Below the pieces are notes generated by a model. That model did no database searches, was not told the origin of the DNA, and worked only from the letters and a program-made list of their open reading frames with translations. This document shows, one piece after another, positions 47,001 to 57,320 of a stretch of DNA of 64,000 bases. How positions within the stretch are numbered: position 1 is the stretch's first letter; each line of letters starts with the position of its first letter. The DNA is from Phallusia mammillata. Taxonomy: Eukaryota. Made by a program: the position numbers and the translations under genes. The stretch covers positions 17,112,001 through 17,176,000 of the forward strand of contig OZ281501.1 of NCBI GenBank assembly GCA_965637545.1. Direction: 5' to 3'.

Positions 47001-50000
47001 AAAAACATGAAATAAGCAAACAGCCCAAGTCACTCTACAAATAATAGCCTCAACGAAAAAATACCATTTAAAACTGCTCTGTATCTGCAATTACTATATT
47101 AGGGGTTGTTTTTTTTACCGTAGATAGGCATAGATACAGAATAAACAAAACAGGCCTAACTTTGCAAATAATAATCTCAGCGTTAAAATATTTTTTTAAA
47201 TTATTTTGGCACATCCATTTAAACGTTGAATATTATCCAGATACCATACTGGATCTTTGGCGTTTGGAGCTCTCATTATTGCCATCGTGCAAATGATTCG
47301 AATTCTTTTGGAGTATGCTGATCACAAACTGAAGGGAACCGAAAACAAAGTGGCCAAGTTCGTTCTCAAGTGCCTCAAATGTTGTTTTTGGTGTCTGGAA
47401 AAATTTCTTAAGTTCCTGAACAGAAACGCTTACATCATGGTTAGTCTGTCTGAGGTTTTCTGACTCACTAAACTGGCTGGGAGTACAGTACTTGTGGTTA
47501 TGTAGAAGATAAGCATGAAAATGCCCCATAGTGGCGAAAGATATGTGGAGTGAGAAATGGACTGATTTTGGTTTTTGTCAAGTGGGATTTCTGTAGATTA
47601 ATTACGTTCAAATGTAAAGCACAACCACAAGTTAAAGCCCATTTCCCTAAGATACACAATTCACGGTTTCAAGATTCTGAAAAGAAACAGTTACGTTAAT
47701 ATATTTGTAAGTTAATAAACGTTTCGACAATTCATATGTCATCTCAGATTTGAGAGTGACATGTAACGTTTGTTGAAATAAACGTTTCGTTTTTTTACAA
47801 ATATATGGCTGGTTTCTTGAAAACTCCCCCACCCCCCCTATTATTTAAATCACATTTTTAACTTGGAACTTTTGTTTAGAACAGTTATAAAACTTTGGTC
47901 GATTTACTAAACCGAGACATCTTTGTTTTGTAAGCTTGACAGATGCAAAACAGGCTAGTCATTGATAGCAACAGTTTCGAATGTTCCATATGACCCGGCA
48001 GGACGCATTCCTTTTACGCTTGGCAAATCCCCCATTGAGCCTCAAAGCCCCCTTGCCACAAAATTGATGTTTTTTACCTGAGATTCAGCTTTTTTTCTAT
48101 TTTTGGTTCGTTTCAGTTCTCTGAAATAACGCAAACTCAGCGGCTTATTCAGTGGTGCGTGCACATTTTTTCCAGAGCGCTTTGTCAAATAGTTTCATAT
48201 TTTGAGAGACAACATGCTGACACAACGTAAACATTTAAAAATTTTCAATGTTTTGCGGTAAAAATGAAAATAAAATTGTGCACAAATCTATAACACGGCT
48301 TACAGAAATATACTTATTCCATAACTAAACGATTACTTTCTATAACTGTACATCAGCAATACTTCACTAACTATATGCAATCTGGTGGTAGAATCGGTTG
48401 TTCAGCTCAGGCTGGCCCGTTAATAGCGATTTATATTTGACAACATACCTCACTTAATCATGTACATGTACATGTCACGTCAAAGGACAAGCCTGTAATC
48501 ACGTGATGACCTGCAATCCATCAACGAGACCGGCACAGAAAAAAATCTTTGCATCTTTTAACACTCACTGGGGGGTGTTTAATGGGCGTGTCGGCAGCAA
48601 GCGAAGGTAGAGGAATTTTGGCTTGTTAATTTCGACCCATTTTAACGGTCGAACTCTTCGCGGAAAAACCTCATGTTGCGGCAACAAGCATTGTTCCGCG
48701 TAATCAGATGTTAGTGCAAGTAACCTTGTTGTTTACCAAACAACGGTTTCTGGCTGCTCTTGCAAGAAGCCTTCCTGAGAGAGATGCACGTACACAGATC
48801 AAAAACACGCAAAGCATTTAACGTCCCTTGCTAAAGTTAGAACAAGCAATTAAAGCGAATCTGCAAACGCAAAAGAATATTAAACAGTGTGTGTAATGTA
48901 GGTATATGCGGCTTTTACGTAAAAAAGTGTTAGATTTAAATAAGGAAAAAAGTACAACGTTTAATTGAAGCTTTCCAAGGGTGGAAAATATCTTTTTATT
49001 GTAGCGTTATGTCAATTAAAATCCCTTATTTTTGGGGAAAACGTTTGCCCTTACTGTGTACCTAAAAGTTGGTGCTTGAAAAATGTTATCATAAGCTGCT
49101 TAATGGCGCAAGAGGCAGTAGGCAACCTCAACTTTCGCGTTCACGGTAGCCTCGCAAGCCAAAATACACTGCGGGTTGACGGTATATTTACACAACATAA
49201 ACTTAATGAGACTCCGTCTTCTTTGAAACTACACGGTGCAGAAATATATGCAAATCGAACCGCCCATACAAACCGTCTTTACTCCTGGTTCAACACCGCT
49301 TATGCCGAGCACTTATTTTTTTATTAGTATTTATAAAGCTCTTAATCCAACCGTATCTGTACATGATCTGTGAGTAACTCGTGTTTGTTCGTTGCGTAGT
49401 GCCGCGGAACGGGAGTTTGGCGAAACACGCTCAAGACTCAGATTGCCATCTTGCCTGGAATGTGTTTATGCCTGTTTGGGTCTTGAGCTTTTTATAGAGC
49501 AGATCTATCACGAACACGACCCGCCACTGACTCCTTTTTTTTCGTTCCGTTATCGGTCTGGTTATACGGTGTATTATAACGAGACAAACATAGACCTTTT
49601 CGACGAACTTGCCATTTTGGTGCAATCAATACATAAGTTTGAGCACCTGTTATGTTTACAATAAGCAGTATTTTTTTATTCAGAACCATGGACAACTGCA
49701 TGTAACATAATGTTCATAAACAATTGTCTAATACATTTTCAAGCAAAAAATTGTCGTTTTTGGCTGCCCCATTGTTTTGCTACATAATAACAAAAAGTGA
49801 CGTTCTGCTATGTAATCCTTAAGTTCACATCAATTTGTAATGGTGTCTATTGGCCTTTGATGTGTATCCTGATAGTCAAACGCATCACAGCACACAAACC
49901 TACGCAGAACACCCCTCCGCGATTAAACATCTCCATCTGATTCTGCTCCCAGAGTATGAGAAATTTGGTCTCAGCGCTGCCCAGATCACATCGATAACAC

Positions 50001-52197
50001 GTTATGGCTTGCAGTTCTTGGAAGGCTTAACTGTGTAGACTAGAGAACTGATAACACCATGCATTATCGGTTGACCATCTCGCCAGACTTGTGTTTCGCC
50101 CTTGGTGTATCTTGTCTTCATCCAAATCGTCGCCCATCTTTTCGACAAACAAGCCTGAACTACTTTAGTGGATCGCTATCTCTTGTCGAGTTCCGCGGCA
50201 ATTTTAAGTGCATGTAAAGGTAAATGCACTTTGGTGAAGGTCGAAAACAAATGTTTGGGCTTTTGAGAAAACGTGGTACTTTGTATAGTTTGTGTATTTA
50301 GTCAACTTCTGATTTTCTTTTAACGTCCATTAGGCTTGTGGACAAAAAAAAACTTGTGTTGTCGTTTTTGCATCGTCGAAAATGCGCTTATTTAGGTTTT
50401 ACCATAAGTTTCTTTGCACTCTTGAGATTCCTTCCTTCATAAAAAACTACAACCCAACTAGTGCACTCATATTTTGCTTAGTGACGTAATCCTATCCTTA
50501 TTCAAATAGAATAACAAAGTTGAAAATTTTTTCATGTTTTTTTCTATAGGTTGCAGTTTACGGCAAAAACTTCTGCGTTTCGGCAAAGAACGCCTTCAAA
50601 CTTCTCATGCGAAATATTTTGAGAGTCGCTGTCGTTGACAAGGTCACAGATTTTATCCTGTTTGTCGGTAAGTCGCATGCGTCGTATTTTATTTCATTTT
50701 CCAACCACAATAAAATCAAAACTAAATAAATTCGATCCATTGAAAAAAATCAAATTTTGTGGTAAAAAAAAAGGCTTCTATGACGTCTTAAAGTGTGATA
50801 GTACACCATGCCTGTAGCCATATAAAGGTTTGGAAATGTCATTTAGTGTGTCAATATCATGTAAGTTGTCCTTTTTAAAAATGTCAACCTTTTGTAATGA
50901 ACACCGACCTTCGCATTTTCATGTTACGCAACGTTTCAAATTTTATTCTTATCGATTAATTTTCTTCCAGGAAAACTGATTGTTACCGTGGGAATGGGAG
51001 CTCTGTCCTGGGCATTTTTTACCAACAAATTTTCCGAAGTTTTGTCTTTCAGTGCACCAAACTTGAACTACTACTGGATGCCTATTATTGTGAGTTTTGC
51101 ATAGGTTTGGATTGAATTGTTGATACGTTAAAAAGCTATAGAGCAGTGCACTTACCTATATTTATGTAAAACAAGCTTAGAAACACTGCACAAAATAAAT
51201 AAACAAAATACGGTCAAGGTTGCAAGCAAAACCTTAGCAGACACTTTCAATTGACATGGAAGCAAAGCATTGCAAACGTGTTTTTAAGTGAAATCTTTAC
51301 GTCCAATACGTGTGTTTTCATGGGTAAAAAACTTCCATTCAGAACAAATATTTCTGTAGTACCTATATCGTTTACCCTGGAAAGCTAATCCTACTTTAGC
51401 CCCAAATCGCAGAAACCTCATATTGGTGATTAACGTTTTTCCTGCTTTTCAGATAATCGGAGTATCCGCTTACTTTGTAGCTGCAGGATTTTTTAACACT
51501 TTTGGTATGGCAGTGGACACAATCTTCCTATGTTTCTGTAAGTACAGTATAATATTTTGTCAAAACGTTGCTTTTAAAGTAATTTATTTGTGACATATCA
51601 AACCGTTTTTGCCCGTAAATCAGGCCTAAGGTGTAACTCCGGCTAAGGTAATAATCTTCGTCACCATTTCTGTGAACATAAACTGCACATTTCAGTTCAT
51701 TGATACTTTTTTCTTGGATTTCGCCTGTATAGAGTTAAATGAAACCTTGATTATAATAAACATTTGTTTTACGCCTTTTCTAATTGCTGACAAGTTGTCC
51801 ACAAATCATACGGGATATACTAAACACCTCACGATACCGCAGATAAAAATATATGCCATAAATAATTTTGAGCCCCGATTATACTTTTTTTATTACAATC
51901 CATCGCTCCAACGCGAGCAGTTTCAACATCAGCACTTTTATAAGTCTGCAAATTATATAACTTTTGCATAGAGTAAATTTCTGTCCATTGAACCACGTGT
52001 CAACATGCGGTTTTTGGTCTCATGGCAAACTACATTAGGGCTTATACCGTCCCAGGTATCTAACCGTTATTGTAACTTATACAGTGGAGGATTTGGAGCG
52101 AAATGACGGAAGTGAACAGAAACCCTACTACATGAGCAAGGGGTTAATGAAGGTGTTGGGCAAGAAAAACAAAAAGCGAAAGGATAGCGATTCTTAA
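32018..52197 (+). CDS. SLC44A2/4/5: Choline transporter-like protein (SLC44/CTL family, CTL2/4/5 type), 19 coding exons, 757 aa
   Basis: join(32018-32066,39335-39457,40005-40095,41159-41243,41695-41901,42292-42450,42808-42941,43166-43307,43643-43745,44055-44154,44767-44947,45766-45845,46335-46432,46692-46779,47241-47439,50550-50667,50971-51089,51453-51537,52085-52197) = 2274 nt, all GT-AG, all phases compatible. Family motifs: [117 protein letters not shown]. Confidence 0.95.
32326..32516. repeat. Degenerate ~32-bp minisatellite (about 5 copies) in SLC44 intron 1
   Basis: Core TGAACAATATACAATTT(G/A)AAAA at about 32399, 32432, 32463 and 32495, plus a detached copy at about 32331. Confidence 0.75.
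33564..33767. repeat. Local ~58-bp direct duplication, 146-bp spacing
   Basis: TGTAATATTTTTGTGGAATTAT is identical at 33600-33621 and 33746-33767, each preceded by a similar TTTGTTTT(T)AATTC...AACCTC stretch. Confidence 0.75.
34213..34272. repeat. 30-bp tandem duplication
   Basis: TCGTTAAACTTGCTTGTTTAGAGACATTCA followed directly by TCGTTAAACTCGCGTGTTTAGAGACATTCA (28/30 identical). Confidence 0.85.
35116..36378 (-). CDS. Ankyrin-repeat + MYND zinc-finger protein (~420 aa), intronless CDS, nested antisense in SLC44 intron 1
   Basis: Ankyrin repeats [16 protein letters not shown]...[12 protein letters not shown] and GATAFHIA...[11 protein letters not shown]; MYND finger CAFC...[29 protein letters not shown]. 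First ATG at 36378 (MSETTSYY); the track start at 36441 is GTG. Confidence 0.88.
   Translation of the reverse strand: MSETTSYYRMYEKPLHGHLYDYLDYRKKDNFKTDNILDGLEDFDPKVQPFRSNLDTVTIMALEQDAYAFMSIFDTYCENYADERRDVKTIDTRDVYGRTALQWIIGARYFKGFTRLLEKKVDVNYGTLLEGFTPLMVACRQGGDIRFVKELITHGADIHKKAHSGATAFHIATASGSRDCMRLLVMNGADPKAMVNGKHSLDLAKDDKTRKVVHTCMRSCIIREEKENAVCAFCEQPSKELRRCGECYVVFYCTQACQIKHWIQHRKTCASNMIAKIDEGTNKSDSKGSEDPAPKQVDIQSHDKKTFFVEAYACFSKINNTPTEFIKVINPLKKITARIVPDGDEDVDFKALLNYVVTNGEGNRQSVYFWAKFANEAKTELLVYHGNKLPRYDAEDTPDHKKERKEQQKKKIRSSSLLTI
38379..38409 (+). CDS. Alternative first coding exon of the SLC44 gene ([11 protein letters not shown], phase 1)
   Basis: ATG GGA GGG TGC TGC GGA AAA TCG AGC TCA G|GTAAAA. 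Same phase as exon 32018-32066, so it splices in frame to 39335. Upstream acceptor CTTGTAG| at 38313; candidate UTR donors at 37277/37278 and 37857/37858. Confidence 0.75.
39543..39722. mobile_element. hAT MITE family A, copy 1 (SLC44 intron 2)
   Basis: TIR CAGTGGTTGGATT...AATTCCACCACTG; 8-bp TSD GTTATCGT/GTTATAGT (7/8); internal sequence shared with copies 2 and 3. Confidence 0.9.
41989..42135. mobile_element. hAT MITE family A, copy 2 (SLC44 intron 5), internally deleted
   Basis: CAGTTGTGGGATTC...GGATCCCACCACTG; shares CAGCCGGTTCTGTTACAAAAA...GACAGTAACCAG...TTCGCTGATCTCATA...AACCGGTGCGAAC; TSD degraded (GACCGATG/GACTAGTG). Confidence 0.88.
43378..43557. mobile_element. hAT MITE family A, copy 3 (SLC44 intron 8)
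   Basis: CAGTGGTGGGATTC...GAATCCAACCACTG; 8-bp TSD GCTATAAC/ACTATAAC (7/8). Confidence 0.9.
45529..45614. repeat. Perfect 30-bp inverted repeat with 26-nt spacer (foldback, probable Tc1/pogo-type micro-MITE)
   Basis: TTTAATACAGTAAAACCGAAAGACTGTAAA (45529-45558) and its exact reverse complement (45585-45614). The internal ends read TA|CAGT...ACTG|TA, as in TA-targeting Tc1/mariner/pogo elements. Confidence 0.8.
45939..46137. mobile_element. hAT (Charlie/Chap-like) MITE family B, 199 bp (SLC44 intron 12)
   Basis: TIRs CGGTGATTCTCAACC...GGTTGATAATCACTG; subterminal GGCCGCATGCGGCTC; 8-bp TSD GTGTATAT/CTGTATAT (7/8). Confidence 0.87.
50497..50512 (-). other. Exact 16-nt match to the Ciona-type spliced-leader exon (ATTCTATTTGAATAAG)
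   Basis: Plus strand CTTATTCAAATAGAAT; reverse complement ATTCTATTTGAATAAG. Followed by GATAGG rather than a GT donor, and no Sm site is visible, so it is not an SL RNA gene. The SL sequence is from memory and should be verified. Confidence 0.5.
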
Positions 52198-55100
52198 AGG
52201 GTGTCTCGTTTTTATTGCCTTACTTGTGAATGACTTTGATTGCAATTTAGTTACTTATTTGTCGCGTAGAATTGCATTTTTTCGTTACTTTTTTCGTAGT
52301 TTATCATTGCAACATGTACTGCACTAATTTCTAACGAAAAACACAAATTAATTTTCCAAAAACAATTTCAAGTGTTTTTAAAACCAAAAAGTTGTAGCCT
52401 AAACTTGAAAACCAAGCGCTTACAAAATTCCTTTGGGTTCGTTTCACCAATAATAGGTGTCATGGTAGCCTACTTCGATAAATATTGCAGAACAAATACA
52501 GTAACTTTCACCAGGAAAAATACTAAAACTCACTGATCATAAGACGTGTTATAGAATCACTGTGTTTTATGAGTGCCGATATCTTCTTCATTTGCGGATA
52601 TAACATCTTTAAACCTCGATTTTGGCGAATCACTTTCACCACAACGTTGCCTTGTAGTGGATTTTCCTTCTAGCGCTACTTTTTTGTATATTTAACATCC
52701 CGTTGTGTATATTTACTTTTTTGTGTCATTTTTTTTCAATCGTGCAAAGGTTCTTTTAAATGTATAGTTAAATGTAGATTATCTAACATATGTTGTTAAA
52801 CATATAATGATAGTATGAATCACATAAAAGCGTCCAGTACAAATCAAATATTATCAAACTTTCTAAACCAACAACCCTTTAATGAGACTGATAACCCTAA
52901 AATGCAAAGCCACAGCCATTGTAACAACCAAGTAAATATTTCAACTTCAGTTATTCAATAGATGTAAGTTCCGAAAAACCACTTAGTCGTTCACCCTTTG
53001 GTTTTAAAGATATATATATTTCGCTATTACAGCATCGTCAGTATCTACGAACAAGCAGAAAGATTCAAAAAAAATTAATGAAAACAGTATGCATAAAAGA
53101 CCTACTAATAAAAGTGTAAAATCAGTTATTCAAATTTCAATTAAAATCTTCAAATTTAAATTTGGTGGTGCAAGCCATTTTCTTCATCACAATATCTACA
53201 TCATAGTTTAATCATACACATTATCTCAAGTATAATTTTCACTCAAAATTTTTGAAACCATGACCGAACATTTAGTTTTTAACATTGTGAACTTGAACAT
53301 TTTATATTTTCTTGTACTAAATGTTTTCATCTGACATTTTTTTCATGTGCATACACATATATTGCGACTTGATTTTTCCTTTTTCGATTTTATACTAGCC
53401 AATCAAAGATCGTGTACATTTGATTTAGTTTTTGAATATTGCTTCAAGTAGTTTTTTTTGGTCGAAAAAAAAACGTGTTTGTTGATTTTGGTTGAATTTC
53501 ATTTGCAAGTGTATATTACGTTCCTCTGATCCGATGTTTCACGAAAGTTCAAACTTACATATTTTGGAAAGTGTGATGGAAAGAACTTCCAGAATATACG
53601 GTTTACATGACCAGTAAAATTTTGATACGCCGTGTTAGTAGAAAATTAACCTAAAGTTTTTTTATTTTGTATTTTAATGGACTGACGACTAACGACCGAG
53701 GGCCACTGAATCGGTGTGAAAACACCTGTTTATGACGTGATTTTGTTTGTTTGTGACGTTCGCTTCAATAAAGATGTTTATTAGAAATGCAAAACTGCTG
53801 CAAGTGATGTATACGACAACAGATCATGGCAGTTTTGACGAACAGAAATTGATCATGACGTCATGGAATTTTACCAAACAATATAGGCTACAACATTATT
53901 GCGCACAATCAAATATTATTAAACTGTGTCAAATTTGTCATTTACTTTACTCAACTTTAAGGTTCTTCAAAGTATGTCATGAAAAATTCTGCTTTAATTT
54001 CGTTCTTGGTTGACTGAATTATGCAAACCTAATTATCATTTGTCACCTATTTTAAACGTTCAAAAAAATTAAACAAACCACACAGCAAGTGGAAAAGTTT
54101 AAGTGGCTCAAATTAGGCAAATACACATACAGGTTATCAATGGTGCTAAACTTAGAACAATAAATAAACCCTTAACCGATAAATAAACTTATGATATCTA
54201 AAAAGTCATACAAATTGACGTCATATTCCAGAGAAACGCATTTAGATTATATGACGCTTTAAGCGACAGCTGGTATAACAAAATAAATAATCCCAGGTCT
54301 GCCGTCTATTTCTCAACGTTTGTGCCCCGTTATTAATAGATACTGGAGACGAAAATGTCGTCTGACGCTTCAGGGTAGAATGACATGACTGTGCACATTC
54401 GCCTCCATTTAAAACAAACGAAGGGTTTTTCAATGCAAATTTGATTTCCATATCATGCAATGACTGTGGCTTTCGGCGACAATACGCTCTTGCTAAAATT
54501 TCACTAACATTTTGCAGGCTGTTTTTGCAGGAATTTACCAAACCTTCTATGGCGTTTTAAATTTACGTTGACAGACGTGTATGAGAGATTGACATTTAAT
54601 GGTCTGCGGTAACTGGTTTCGAAAATGCGAAAATTAAACTTGCGGAAATGTGATGGGAAATTCGTGGTTTCAAAACCATGTTATGTAGCAAAGCAAAATG
54701 CCACATTGCATTGTAAAACATAAAGGAATTCTCGATTAAAAAAACGATTTATTTTTATAGTTACAACGTAGTATATCTACGATGTAACAAGGCCCCAATG
54801 AAATTAAACAGCAAAAACCACGAAATAATTGTGTAAGCGTTTTTATGTAAAGGAAAAATCTATTTTCGTGCAAAAATTGATTAGGTAAAATTAAAATTCA
54901 TTACAAATTCACTTTATTTTGACGTAACAAACGGTCGTGATCCTTAAAAGGACGCGTCTAGGTTGGATGAATGGCAACCCGAAACGTAATTTTATTTGTG
55001 TCACAATCTAATGAAGGATAACACAATAAACTTACTGTAGTCAAGAATCTGATATTTGTTCTCCCAGATGACTCAGTAACTTAATTAAAACGTCTCCATG

Positions 55101-57320
55101 TGCGTGTGTGTGCCTAGATATAATAAAACAGGTCATTATACAATAACATCTCAATTTCTGCTAGTTTTTAGTACAGTCTAAAATACACACACCGTTTTTC
55201 GCCTCGTTGCGTTGGTGCTGGTCATAATCGGTTTAAAACCATTTTGTTTGATGCAAAAACATGCTTAGGTAAAGCTGAGAACTTTCGTCGAACTGTTTTC
55301 CCAGTCAAACGAGAGAATGTTAATCCGATGCACCAGATAATCCTAACCAAATCTTTTGTTGCCTGCCGTCTAATTCACAAGGTAAACATGCAAATAAGGC
55401 ACTTACAGCGTAAGATGTTGTGGTCTGCTCGTTAAAAGTTAGTTTGGACTAAACTACTAACAACTGCGTCTTGAAATTTAAAGCTCTTACGTAGAAACGT
55501 GTCGAATTTTAATTCAAGTTCGTGCAGTTTAATGATGGTGTATGTTTTGGCGCGCCGGATATTAAAGCCCGCGGGCTCAGCACGTTTAGCGGATTAATTT
55601 TAGGTCAAGAGTTTGGTCTGTGTTAAGGTCGAATCCGTTTGGCTAATTGGCGTTAGTATGTCAATTTTCTCCATCTGTGAGCAATTTGAGTCAAACACAT
55701 AAATGGCGTGATGATTAGTTTAGTTAATTGAGCAATGGATTGCCCTTTCCTGTTGTTACGCGTTTTTTTGCGAACCCTCTGTGGGAAAAAATACACAAGG
55801 GAAATGAACATTTATGTTCTCACCTGCTAGTTCCAATGCAATTAGCTTGTGTTCATTCTAACATTAGCATTTAACATTATGTGGTAATTATTAGGCCAAT
55901 TGCGCCAACGAATCCTGTATATTAAGGGTAAAATTGTGATTGACAGCGTTTATAATAAGCCTGGGAAGGGATGTTGTGGTATTTGGCTGCGGCGAGGCCG
56001 ATTCAATGCGTTAAGCAATAAATTCAAAAGCGTTTATTTATACGCACACACTGTCCTATCATCTCGACAAATAGGGATTTACCAAAAACTGGAAAAATGC
56101 CTTAAAAATGTACAGAAAAGGCCATTTTAGTTTTAGCAGAGATGCCGGATTGTCAATTGCATATAGCATAGGAATGCGAGTTAGTCATTTATAAGTATGG
56201 CTACTTTTGTAAATCGTCGGTTAAAAAGATTCTTTGAATAGTTGTGCTCTTGAAATGCCTCGCAGGAAATTGAGGTTTAACGGCATGTCTGGCCCAAATT
56301 TACTTGCTCATAACTTTTGCTCTAATTGACGTTACCTATCATTCAATCTTTTAGGGAAGTTTATCTTATGATAAAATCGCTGTTTATGGGGATGGAAAAC
56401 GTTTTTGGCCTTCTGAAAGATTAAGGATGCTTTTGATGGATATCTTATCTACAAATTTTACTCAAAATTGTCGATTTGACGTTTTTGAATTGAGCTTTAA
56501 ATAAGGAGAATAACATATCAATGCTTGTGCAGAAACCATTTATGTCAACCAAAGCAGTCATGTTATTGCAATTTATTTGATAAAGGCTATTTTCTGTTGT
56601 TCAATTCCAAACTTATCGCCCAAGTCATACATTGGAATTAAATATGCCAAGTGCGCCATTTGCTACTAACAGCCAATTTCTAGTGACAGTAACGGGTGTT
56701 TAACTTTTAACGAAAAGGCAGTTATGTTGAGATTTTGCTTAACTGTTACATATGCATCATCACTCTGGCTAGAACTACTGCCTTGACAAAATGTCAACAA
56801 AGTTTTTTAAACCTACATTGTGGCGAAGGGATTATGACCCCAGAAAAGCCATACAGGCTGACTTTCTATCAACCGTAAGTGTAAAACCAAAACCACAAAT
56901 TCGTCACTAGTGTAATACGACTCCATTGACTCACTAGGGAAATAGTGTTTCCCCTATCCTGTGCCTGCCAGCCATAAAATAATCCACCAGACAGTTCGTT
57001 ATCGTTGTGGGAAAACCTTGTTAACGTCAATCGTCAAGAAAATACACAAAAAAGTCAACACTTTTAGTGCTCACGGAAATTGAGCGCGTGAACGTCAAAA
57101 AAACAGAAAAAAAACGAACGAAGTGAACGTAAAAGAACTGCTAAAATTGCACTTTCCTTTAGGAAAAAAAACATGCGCGTTTCGTGTCACATCGAATAAG
57201 CGACTGCGCCGAAGTAAAGCGAAAACACACAAAAATCAAGAACAAAACTGATTGTGCAAAAACAAGAATGTGAACTTTAAAAGCACGAGACGAAACAACG
57301 AACAAACTCGCGGGACCCTG

